A DNA stretch of 49,560 nucleotides, counting the filler, from Sphacelaria rigidula (taxonomy: Eukaryota): assembly GCA_964200075.2 (NCBI GenBank). It is 3 parts of 3 records of this genome, joined end to end, with 100 filler letters (N's around TTAATTAATTAA, not from the genome) between each part and the next. Parts side by side here need not be neighbours in the genome. Positions count along the whole stretch, not along the records: positions 1 to 16,457 come from CAXNAA020001351.1; positions 16,558 to 33,009 come from CAXNAA020001352.1; 1 more part is not named here. One strand, 5' to 3'. Positions 1 to 24,189 of the stretch are shown in pieces. The notes beneath the pieces are model-generated. The model was given only the letters and a program-made list of their open reading frames with translations. It had not been told where the DNA came from and made no database searches. The position numbers were made by a program, and so were the translations under genes. Within the stretch, counting starts at the first letter, position 1. Each line of letters begins with the position of its first letter.

Positions 1-228
1 AAATACTTTTTTTACGTGCGAAACGACGCTTATATGGAGGGAGACTAGGGGGGGGGGGGGCATTTGGGATGACAACTACACGAACTAATATACGTCGAAA
101 ACGAAAACGCAGTCATCCAAAGGAACATATTTATCTACACACAAGAAGTGAGTCGAGCATTTCACCTCGAATGTTGCTAGATCGGGATCTTCACTGCAGG
201 AGCAGTGGTGAGGAAAATGAACCTTTTT

Positions 229-332
229 GGAACCTGTTGACGATTCTTGTTTTTGTGAATCGGCATCATTTTGACTCGAAAATGACTGAAAATGACGCCG
301 ATTCACAAAAAAAAAATCCGTCAATTGGTTCC
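229..332. repeat. Small palindromic (MITE-like) inverted repeat
   Basis: ggaacctgttgacgattcttgtttttgtgaatcggcatcatttt pairs with aaaatgacgccgattcacaaaaaaaaaatccgtcaattggttcc. Confidence 0.7.
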
Positions 333-472
333 AACAGGATTAACGTTTCGTAACGCACGATGTGAGTGTGGTTCATTGGCATAGATGAATTAATATACTA
401 TATATACGTATGTATGGACTGGCTGCTCCGCGATCAAAGGGAGTTACGCACCCCACTGTACTGTAAAATTGG

Positions 473-502
473 TTGATTGATTGATTGATTGATTGATTGA
501 TT
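473..502. repeat. (GATT)n microsatellite
   Basis: Read directly from the sequence. Confidence 0.9.
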
Positions 503-785
503 AATTGACCGCCGCACATTAACTAACTTATGATCAAGGAATACCACGGTGGTTAACGATCAAGATAGACGTACGAAGGTAAGGGTGAACAAGTTAGGAA
601 AACATTCGCAGGAGGAAACTCGAAAAAGAAAAAAAATACGGGCAGAACAAAGAAGAATAATAAAACAACAAACGGCGTAAACTGGACAAAAATATCTCGC
701 CAATGCGAGAAAAAATAACGAGCGATGCTGCGGGGAAAAAAGAGGAGGAAAACGAACAAACCAACAAACCAAAAAAGTACCGTAC

Positions 786-13520
<12,735 letters not shown>

Positions 13521-15018
13521 TTCTTGACAGGATGTTGGTACTGATCTGTGTGCAGCGTGATGCTAGTGCTCGTACAGACAGGGAAACCATGAATATAATT
13601 TATTTACTCAGAGTACGTGCAACGGCCACCGCGGGGTATCGCCGATGACGATCTATAACACCCGCCATGCAACGACCATTTCAACTTCGATTTTCTCGAT
13701 AATCAAGGCGAGACGTAGTTTGACGATGTCCTCTTTATTGGTAAATGATAAAATATTATAACATATATCGAATTCAAAATCATTCTATCGGACGGAAGCC
13801 TCTGTTTGTGAAAAGACGGACGTAAAAAAAACATCATATAGGGGTGTTATCTCCCGTCCCATCAGCAGTGAATCATTCCGCTGGCGCAGTAGGCTAGCCA
13901 TCGTGCAGCCGACGTGGGGTGGGTGCTCTACTGCCGCCGTTGATGTATGGGTATATGGTAGGACGGAGGAAGCATACTGAGTGTAAGTCGAGGTCACACT
14001 ACAATACAGTCCGTCTATGGGGGTTGTGTGTTGCAATTGATAGTCAGTTCCAACAGCCAATAGAGCTATCATAGATCAAGATGCCCGTCAGCGACGCCAA
14101 CCCCTTTTTCCAGGAGTTTGAGGTAAGAGCGCCATGATGCATGTGCGCGGGAGATAGTGCAATACAGTATCACCTGTGCTTTAGTTGTATGTGTACCGAG
14201 TGAGAAGCAGATATGCCTGAGGTGCTATCTCATTACTGCAATACTTCCCCTCTGCTTGTTGACTGTTATAATGGCTGCTGCTGAAGTTGAACATTTGAAT
14301 ATTTCACCACAACATTCAAGACTCGGCGCAACAACAAACGGTACCTGGTCTAAACCGCACACACCTTCTTGCTCAACCATTTATTGCTGAAGTATTGCGC
14401 GTCGATAACGCACGCCATCAAATCGTTGGTTTACTCTCACCATGTTCTGGGTGTTTCTGCGTCTTTTTTCCCATTCTTATGGGCCAGGGTGTAGATACCC
14501 TAATCTTACCTGATAAAGCAGGGAAAATCACGGTACGCTTAGCTTCGTTATTCCAAAAACTCTCTACGTGACGTTGTATATCACCCCCTTCGACGGTTTC
14601 CAGACGATGCCGTAGCGCGGGTAGATGCTGTTCTCGGCAACGATTAAAACGCAGCCGTCCATTATGTGGTGTAATAAATAGCGAGTGAGAGTTCGGTTTT
14701 GCTTCAGATATGAGTCTCTGGATTGTGCAACCTCGAGTTGTGACAAAGTGAGGCGGGTCGGTCCTTGCCGAGTGGAACTGGGTCAGCAACGGTTTCAAGC
14801 AGTAGCCACACACAGGGTACAAAGTCCCATGAAAACGTGGCCATCATAAGTTCGTCCTCACAACATTCTGCGGCCCAAGAGAGATATATTCACCTTGACA
14901 ATTGGGGGGGAAAGGGATAAACGTTGAAGGATGTACTTTGCCGCTGTATTTGGGGTGCTCTGCGCTGCTTTGCCGGTTCGCTGCTACCCTGCACCAAGTG
15001 GGAACAGCTATATCCCAT

Positions 15019-15160
15019 AGCTAGCCTCATCCAGGCCTTCCCCTCATTTTTATTTTTCAAGTAAAAATATTGCCGATTCAGCGCATGCCTCCTGCAGCTA
15101 GCCTCATCCGGACCTTCCTCTCATTTTTCGAGTAAGAATATTGCCGATTTATCGCATGTC
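15019..15160. repeat. Two-copy tandem direct repeat (~77 bp)
   Basis: agctagcctcatcc...gtaa(a/g)aatattgccgatt...cgcatg occurs twice. Confidence 0.8.
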
Positions 15161-15534
15161 CCCCACCCCCGGTAGTCGAAGGGTGGGGATAGACATCATA
15201 GGACGTTGAAGGGCATGGGTCGACTTGGTCATGCACATTCACTCATATCACCAACAACAGCAATTCCATGAATTGAAGTTGTTGCGGTACACCTCCGCAT
15301 GACCGTTACCGATGTACGGTAGGCCTGTGAGTGCACCATGGACACGTGTCAAGCGCAAATGTAATGTTCCCGCATCCTGTACTATTAGTACTGTAATCTC
15401 GCATGTCGAAGCTCTCAGTCGTCCAAGTATAGCAATGAACCACGAGTATTGATCGCACGAACTTACAGAATCCTCCAGCTGATTTCCAACCTTTTGGCAA
15501 CGAGGGTGGGTCATCTGGGTCTGAGACAATTTTT

Positions 15535-15893
15535 CAGTGTTAAAAATCGTGTCTCGAAATACCGAGTATCGATCGCGATTTTGGGCAATTCTCAGTATCA
15601 GAATCGCGAGCTGGTAAGTCGATACTTTCGATACGCAAACTGGCTCTCTCGGGGGCGGGCGCCTGCTCAAAAGGGGAGGGGGTACTGTTGTAGTGTATTC
15701 ACATCATCGTCCCCCCCCCCCCCCCCTTCTTGCGAAAATGACACTTGAAAAACAGCAAAAAAGGCCCACACAACCAGAAAACCGGTCGTTTGGCCAATTT
15801 CCGAGTATCAATGAAAGTATCTATATATCGACATGTTCTCGTCGATATTTAAAAATCGTATCGAACTTTTTTTCCGTTCGATTTCCAACACTG
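15535..15893. mobile_element. hAT-like MITE with CAGTGTT TIRs
   Basis: CAGTGTTAAAAATCG...CGATTTCCAACACTG, many internal TCGATA motifs, imperfect 8-bp flanks caattttt/acattttt. Confidence 0.65.
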
Positions 15894-16457
15894 ACATTTT
15901 TTTATGGGAACCAATCCGTATTTTGAACAAATCTAAGGATTTCAGTCCGTCTGCAGGTGAAAACTGCGATAGATTTGGTCCCGATTTGAGCAGAAAGGTG
16001 GCATACCAAAAGTCAACTTCCCGAGAATGAGAAATTTTGATCTGATTTTCTCACAGCTAGCCGAAAAACCTTGCCTAACGGACTGGGGTCCGAAAAATTG
16101 ATCCACGGGAGAAATAGCCTGAAGACAGACTGAAATTATAAGATTCGTACAAACACAGATTTGGTCGCTATAGAAGATGGTGTCACCTCTATTTGTAAGG
16201 TGAAATTGATGTCGATTCAAAGGATGGCCGACCCATCCTGGTGCTTAACTTTGAGTGCCGGGCCGCGTCGGTACAATATTTTCGACTTGACTATACCGAG
16301 GAAGAAGTGCACATCATGTTGTCGTGATCTGATGTTTGGAACACCGTCCAAAGCAGTACGAGCTGGGCCAGCTTAAAAGCTTCTAAAACTTGCTCACACC
16401 ACAGCTGCCCCAGTTTCCCGAATGAACCCGGTGTAAGCATATCACTGTGAAGTGTAG

Positions 16458-16557
16458 NNNNNNNNNNNNNNNNNNNNNNNNNNNNNNNNNNNNNNNNNNN
16501 NTTAATTAATTAANNNNNNNNNNNNNNNNNNNNNNNNNNNNNNNNNNNNNNNNNNNN
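16458..16557. other. Artificial scaffold spacer (44 N + TTAATTAATTAA + 44 N)
   Basis: Exactly 100 bp with a six-frame-stop linker. Identical structure at 33010-33109. Confidence 0.97.
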
Positions 16558-16615
16558 GCGCATACTTCGGGGGAAGCCGCCCCCGACTGCCGGTCCGCCA
16601 CGTGCGCAGTACGGG

Positions 16616-16650
<35 letters not shown>

Positions 16651-16949
16651 AGATTTTCAGCCAAGCGACGGTGAGGACGAACCGGAGACAGTGGGGGAAT
16701 CGGCAGAACACGAAGACAATGATAAAGGCTTGAGTGAGAGGAACCCACATTTTCAAAGCCTCTCCGGACAGTAGACGAGGCGGGTCCAGTCGACTGACGC
16801 AAAGTCGTCGACCGAACAGTACACATCAACAACAACGCTTAGGCAGCTGTGACGACAACGACTCCGGCAGTCGGAATTTCCTTTACGTGATACTGCCAAA
16901 CAACGGAAAAAATGCGTTCTGCACGACTAGGCTTCAGGCGAAATAGGCG

Positions 16950-18384
16950 CTGAACCGCGAAACCATGAAAGAAGCTCCATCAGCTCTAGATGTGGACAAG
17001 CGGCGTCGGGCTACGGACAGAGGCTAAATAGCCTTGGGGAAAAGGGCACCATCTGGAAGGAGCTAACCCCATCAGACGAGAGGCCACCCGAGACGCGCTT
17101 CGTTTACGAACGCAAACGTAGGAGAGACGGAGATTCAAACGACACAAGGCACGTCTTGTGGCAAGGGGCTTTAATCAACGCCCCTAAATGGACCTCGTCA
17201 GGACTTTCGGTCAAGTCATCGGTTTAGACGTTGTGCACACTGTTCTCGCCATTTTCGCCATGCGACGATGGAAACTTCGAGCGCTAGCCTTCAAGCGAGA
17301 ACACTCGAATGCCGCACTCTCCAAAGATTCATGGCTGGAGATTCCTGTTGGAAACCTCGTCAAGGCGCTCACTGTCTATTATTTGAAGCAATCGGCATCG
17401 AAATGGTACGATAAACCGAGCAACGAAATTCATAGCGACGGATAGAGCAGCAGCGAGTAGACGAGTGCACATACAGCTGCCGCGAAGAAGACGGGCGGAC
17501 TCGTGACGTACATAAACATTCTGCTAGGCGGGGAACACAAAGAGGATTTGCAACAGACGGCCAATCCGCCTTCGAAAGGGTGAGTATGGCGATACTTGGG
17601 TGTGCCGGACAAGATAATTGGATTTGGCCCAACAGTGAAAACCGAAAGCACCAGGCTTGACGCCTCAGTATCGCCGTCAAAGAAATGGGCTGCACCGATG
17701 TGCACACAGTCTTGACACCGCTTGACCCAGGAATAAACCTATCGACGAGACGAGACAACGGAGAGAAACTGGACAGTTCACTTTTCCCCTACGCGAGAAT
17801 TTTGGAGAAGCTCATGCTCATGGCAGGACTAGCGAGACCTGGTGTCTGTTGCAGCATTCGAGATCCTCGTCGCGAGGTCGCGTCCCCCTGCATGCGACAC
17901 CAGCGGGGGCTACAATATGCACGCTGCTACCTCGCGGGTACGCCTGACGTCGGCATCCAGTACAAAGTGCCAAGGACGACAACACGATGGTCGGATACTC
18001 GGATTTCGACTGGGGTCAACACACGGAGGATCCCAGAAGCATCACCAAATAGCGCTTGCCAATAAGAGGGTCACCAATCGCTGGAAAGTCCATCTCACAG
18101 ACGTCGGTAATTCCATCGTCATGGGAGAAAGAAGGTACAACGATGGAATACGGTTTACGTGATGCGATATTCATCATGTCGAGCGAAGAATCTCATTGCC
18201 CTGTGATAACCGCGGTGCCATTCAAGCGGCATTGAAGATTGTTTTCAGGTGGCGTACGAAGCATGTGGATATTGAGCCAAGGTACACACGCGAGTATATC
18301 CAGAATGGGACGAAGAAATCAATGAACGTGCCTACGAAGGACCGAATGGTGACATCTTCTGAAGAGGCAAGTCGATACGAGTAG
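16950..18384 (+). mobile_element. Decayed Ty1/copia LTR-retrotransposon pol (RT and RNase H), with many stops and frameshifts
   Basis: Frames give RFVYERKR, HKARLVARGFNQ, RTFGQVIGLDVVHTVLAI, YYLKQSASKWY, FPYARILEKLM, CDNRGAI...RTKHVDIE. These are copia RT and RNase H motifs in copia order. A purine-rich tract follows at ~18393. Confidence 0.9.
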
Positions 18385-18816
18385 GGTAATGTGAGGGCGG
18401 CAGTGACCCCTCACAACAATATCGAACGTTGAACATGGTGTCGACTCTGGGGTGGACTCATGTACGATGGAATATTGACAGAACATTAGGGCGGTGATGC
18501 TGTCATGAGAGATTGAAGTGCAGAAGAATTCCAGAAGGAGGTTCCAGAACAGCGGCTGCTGCATATTCTGCGGGTGTTTTATTAGTGTTATCTGGAAGGA
18601 TGACGTTTCTCGAAAGTGAGTACATGAGGAAGAAAAATGAGCAACGCCCCGAGCGGGTCCGTAATATTTTCGATTATACCACCATCTCTCGTGACAGATA
18701 TCTTGTTCTACAAAACGAAGCGCCGCGAGATAGTGCGCCACAGCCGTTAACCACCTCCCAAGTGCACAGGTACGCACCACAAGTGCACACGTGCGAATCA
18801 TAAGTGAAGAAAACGG

Positions 18817-20615
18817 CAATAGACAAAGGGGGGGTACAGACCCTATATTTCAGCCAAGATGTAGGTACAGTTAACCGCGCTAGTTGGAGCTGTCTGTGCC
18901 AGACCCAAACCACTCAAAATCAATCCCCACGAAAACGCAAGGCGCGCACAGCTCATGCAGAGCATGTTTACCAACGTTCGCGGAAAAAGAGCGCGGTTTG
19001 ACGGTGGAACAGTGCCGCGGGAAACAACGACCGTGCAGTGTACCCCGCTTTGTCCGATGCCGGGATATGAATACCCCGCAAAAACCTCACCAAATATATC
19101 TTGTACACATCCTGCCGTGTGCTGTCTTATATCATGTTCAAGGTGTTCCTCTGTTTCATCAATCTGGGTCTTCCACAGCCCTCGTCTAACCCCGCACGGC
19201 ACGAAATCGAGTGGACGAAGAACTCCTCCGACACTTCTCATCTCTTTCTACGGCCTGGCGACGCAACTGCCCACGCCTCTATTGATCTCTTCCTGCGGCC
19301 CGGAGACGCAACAGCCCACGCTCATTTCGACCTCTTTCTACGGCCTCGAGACTCGAGACCTCTGCGACCGTTGTCAAACGACACAGCAAGCTGCAAAACA
19401 AGTTGCCGAAAACAGAGCACCAAAAAAGTACAAAATACGGAATACAACGGCTGAACCGCTCTGTCCCTTAGCGATGGCCTTCGCTTCCAGCGCAAGCAGG
19501 TACAGATAACTTCCCTACGGGGCGGGGGCAACATGGTGAACACTGCCCCACCGCCGGCGGCACTCTCGGCGAGAGAAATTGCAGTTGGTGACGTGTTACA
19601 GAACGCGTATCGCGGGATTACTCAAATTCTATTCTGCGTTTCCTGTGAGGGGACCGAAGCATTCACTGGTCGTTGTGGGCGGGCAAGCTATCTAGCTTCC
19701 TCCTTTTTGGGTTCTTTAATCGCCTCGACAAGTCACGGCCATTCATCTGTCGAAATAAAAAACAGAAACCGTACAACGAATAAGGCGATATTTGCATCAC
19801 CTCCAAATCCTCCAAACGCTACTCCGCGCAGTACCTGGTATTGCTCGCTTGTATTTGCATGTCCATGATCGATTCACGTATTATACCCCGCGATTACTTC
19901 GTGTACCTTTACTGCTCCTCCGATTGTTTTGTTTCACGTTGCCGCCTCCCCGAAGGAGAAATGTCTGTACCTGCTTAGCACTGGGGGCGAAATCCCTGGC
20001 TGAGAAAGAGCGGTTCAGCCGTTGTATTCCGTAAATTATGGCTTTTTTGGCACTCTATTTCCGGCAGCTTGCTGTGTCGTTTGACAACGGTCGCGCGGCG
20101 TATCAATCACTCGACAGACGTCTCGAGTCTCCAGGCCGCAGAACGCGGTCAAAATAGGCGTGGTCTGTTGCGTTCCCAGGCCGTAGAAATAGGCCAACAT
20201 GAGCGTGGGCATTTGGGGCTCCGGGCCGTAGAAAGAGGTGAAAGGAAGGGTAAAGGATCGGGGAAGTTCTTCGTCCAGTCGGTTTTGTCCTGTGCACGGG
20301 ATAAGACGGGGGCTGTGGAAGGCCCATCCTTGTCAAATAGAGGCACACTTCAAACATAATATAAGACAGCACATCACACTATGGGGTACAAGATAATTTA
20401 GTAGGGTTTGAGGGGTATACCTACCCAGTGCCGGACAAAGCAGGGTACACTGCATTGCCCTTGTTTCCCGCGGCGCTATTCCGCCGTCAAACCGCCCTCT
20501 TTTCTTGCAAAAGTTGGTGAGTGGTTTGGGCCTGGCACGGACAGCTCAACTAGCGCGGTTAACTGTACCTACATTTCGGCTGAAATATGGGGTCTGTAAC
20601 CCCCTTTGTATATTG
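18817..20615. mobile_element. 1.8-kb foldback element with ~700-bp inverted arms containing ~45-bp tandem sub-repeats
   Basis: 18817-19530 is the reverse complement of ~19940-20615 (caata.acaaaggggg.tacagaccc.atatttcagcc...gtaggtacagttaaccgcgctagtt). No ORF with recognisable homology and no clear TSD. Confidence 0.85.
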
Positions 20616-20949
20616 ACCTCAAAAAAAGGCTGAAAACAGTCTTACAGTACGCATCAAGCGTGGGATATGCCCATGTTGGAAAATCTTGTGATGTCCAAAT
20701 GAAAGGAGGGGAAAATGTTGGAAAGAGTTGGGACGTCCAAATTGAGACTGGGTAAAACGTACGCATAACCATGACGTACGACCTACGTGTTCAAAACAAG
20801 TACGACTAATGTTTGCCGTTTGAATCACACAAATGATTCGTGCGAAGGTGGATAGGGATTGATCACAATTTGATCTGTCTTATGTGTACATTGCTGTCCA
20901 ATACACAGTGCTTCTCCGCGTTTGTGACAAGTCTCGCCAAGAGGTGGCG

Positions 20950-22060
20950 GGACTGCAATACTAGAGTTATCTAGAGCTCCAGACCTGAGATGTGCGGATG
21001 CACCGACTTGTGGCGTGTTCGTGAGTGCATCAACCATACTGAGACAGGCACTACGCGACGCCCTCATAGAGCATGCTGAAAACAAGTGCACAGAGGGGCA
21101 TCTGCTTTGTCCATGTAGTATTTGTATGGGTCTTCGCGCGTGCTTCGGTTGCTGTTTCTTCAATTATCCCTTGGAAACGGTAAACAAAACAGCTGAAGAG
21201 CTTAACCCGGGGACATGTCTCGAGCACAGCCTTTTGCGCTCCAGAGACCCGGAGACTTCTTGTGTGAAGGTACATCGTTTGTCATGGGTCGCGATGTATC
21301 GGTTGCATCTGCCAACCCTCCGTTCTTTCGTCGAGGGGGGGTCGGGCCGTCATCATTTTCGTGTAGGATGACGTTCAAACATATTTTGTGGTGTTGTACG
21401 CCGAGATGCTTGCACATCAGAGACAGCTAGGCACACCCGGCGGAGCGACACACAAAGTACCACGCTACAGATGTCCGTAGCCGAAAGCTTACACCACCCA
21501 TCACACGCCGATCCATCCACAGCGAGGGGCTTGTGACATCAACAGTGGTAACTGCCACTTGTTGGTGTTGATTGCCCTCAAAGAGACGGCTTTCTCCTTT
21601 GACTTCTACTGCTAGGTGTTTCCATCCGGGTGCAGTCCTTCATACATGACGGTCTACCGTACGTTTGTCTGGGTCGCGGCGGCAGAGGTCCACTCTTGGC
21701 CGTCGGGACATGACGTCAGAACGTCGAAATGATCTCCACAATGAGCACAAGTCAGCGATTCAGATTGGTAGCAGAACGGCATCAGTACAGCAATATTTCT
21801 CTTCTGGGACATGGACTCGACGCTGGGTATTTGCTGCCGTGCTATCCTCGTAGACTTGAAAAATTGTGCGATTTGTTTTTCACCTCGTCGGCCCCATGGC
21901 CGACAGGGGGGTCATCTGGGTTTAACATCAATGTTTCAAGCGAAAATGGTGCTCATTCAACTGACCCACACTTGCGGTCGAAACTCCAACACGACGGACA
22001 GCAATACAGCGCCGCGAATCCTCAACATACTATTGTACTGCGTCCATGATTCTAGTTTCG
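20950..22060 (-). pseudogene. Possible Mutator (MULE) transposase relic
   Basis: Fragments CHKPLAVDG (~21511-21540) and GAQKAVLETCPRVKLFSCFVYRFQGI (~21160-21245) resemble MULE DDE motifs in the right order, but are heavily degraded. Confidence 0.33.
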
Positions 22061-24189
22061 GTCCCTGATCTGTGTCCAGATTGGACGAAGCGCTCGGCAC
22101 AACTATAGTGCACACGGGAGAGAGTGCGGTCGAAGTAGACTATAATTTTCAACTGCAGTCAGATGCAGATTATACGCACCGCACCTGTATCCGCACGCAA
22201 CATACGAGCAAGACAGCACAACAGTAGTGCAACTGTACAGCTGCTGAAGTACATCTGGCGTTTGTTGAATTACTTGATAGAGTGCGACTCAGTACCGTAG
22301 CACAAGTAGCGTGCGGTATCTGTTGCGCGTAGCCAACACGAGAGACTTTTACGACGACATGCAGCTTCTGTTGCCAATACAATCGCACAAGCGTCTGCTG
22401 CATCATGTCGACCTGGATAGACGGTGTGTAACATGAGAATTGTGAAAATATGAACTCCTCTGCAGTGCAGTATTAGCGTGCATCATCAGTATAGGCCGTG
22501 AAGATACCCCACACATGTGTGTGTAGGCAACCGTGAGCATGACCCACCGTAGACAGCGGGGGTGTTGAATCGACGCCCGGGTACTGCACACGACGGTTAC
22601 GTGCTGTGCGTGCAATGAAACACGTTATTTGTCTGAACGTTCATTTTGTTGGGACGGTTACTGCACAGCGTATGTTTGAATCCCACACAAACCGAAACAG
22701 AGAGCCCGCTAATTTTTCGCTCGATCTTACAATGCCCGGTATGGGGAGAGAACAATGCCTGCGGCTCAGTATGAGGGGTGAGCGCTGGACAAGGACCAGA
22801 AGTTGGCGCTAACTGGAGGGGGTCCCGATGTCTCAGAGTTCGAGTAGATTCTGACTTCATTACTGTGGACCTACCGGATTGTACTGTGTTTTGATCCACA
22901 CATGAGCGCATACTGAGTGTCGCGCTGAACATCTTGCTTCCTGGTGACTTGCCGTGATGGCGTCGGTTATGTCCACTGACGACCGCGCTCGAGCATGCCC
23001 CTTGGTTGTGGGTGAGTCGCGGTTGATGAACGACAAGTACAATATTCTCAGGGCTTTTCGCGCCCTAAACAGCTAATCGCTATCGGCACAACAGTTACTC
23101 GAGGCGGCTATATACTCTACACTACTTCGGTACGTTCTCCACCCGAAGTTGTCTACACTCACCTAATTGCGCGAACGCTTCTGTCCGAGATACGAGTATG
23201 ATTAGCGCAGCTACATACGCAGGTTCCTGACCGAATAGTTCTCTGCCCACAACTAGTTCCACAGGCTCATCGCCCAGGAGTTCACCGCACACAATTAGCT
23301 GCATACATGTCCCACCGAGTTACCAGGCGGAAGTATATACCCACTCCGGAGTGAAAGCAACTACATGCACGCCCTCGGGCAATGAGATACATATGATAGC
23401 ACAGCTGTTTCTGAGCCACTACCTTCACACATTTCACATCTTGCCTCCGCTGTCTGCCCAACATACACGCGCACGAAGACACAGAACAGATGCTCACGTT
23501 ACCAACACTCATATCCTCCATGTACACCTCATCAACGCACTTGAGCTATCAACATTTTACGAAGAAGAACATTTTACGAAGAAGCACTGTCTAGATGAAA
23601 TGATGAGAAGCACGCAATCCGTACCCAGTACAGCACAGTACAGTATAGTGCGATAGTACAGTCACAACAGTACTCAAGTGGAGAGATGTCCCCTTTTCTA
23701 ATGCACACTACAAAGCCACTGCTGTGCGTCTACGGGTAGCGTCACGTATTGAGTTTTTGGTTGCGTGGTGCAAGCTATGAAAACACACGCGTAACAGGAA
23801 TGCATTCACCACCACCAGGACAGCACTCGCCATTTAGAACCATCATCACGGTGTGTATCTGCCTTTATTCCAACAGTTTGGATGTGGTTGCATGCACACC
23901 GAGGTGAATATACACTGTTTTCGGAATAGTTGTCCGCATGCAACTAGTCGCACAGCTTTTCCATCGAGTTGTTGCCCGTAGACAAACGGTAACACATTTA
24001 TATCTAGTAGTTTTCTAAATCCTACAATTCCATCCAGTAGTTGTCTATACTCGACAACTTCATATCGTAATATTCTACACCCAAAAAATTGATCCAGTGC
24101 TCGTCTGTAGACTAACATCGTCATCCAGCTACAAGCAACTAGCTGCACATGACTCTCGTCCGGTGCTAGTGTGCAGGCAACACGTCAGC

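Noticed and set aside
14418-14822. 134-aa minus-strand ORF as an upstream kinesin exon or separate gene
   Set aside because: It has no recognisable motifs or supported splice sites.
16502-16513. TTAATTAATTAA palindrome (also 33054-33065) as a biological motif or piggyBac site
   Set aside because: It is centred in exactly 44+44 Ns at both sites, so it is an artificial six-frame-stop contig linker.
19240-19360. CRISPR-like repeat array
   Set aside because: The ~45-bp units are contiguous and degenerate, lack unique spacers and sit in the arm of a eukaryotic foldback element. There are no cas genes.
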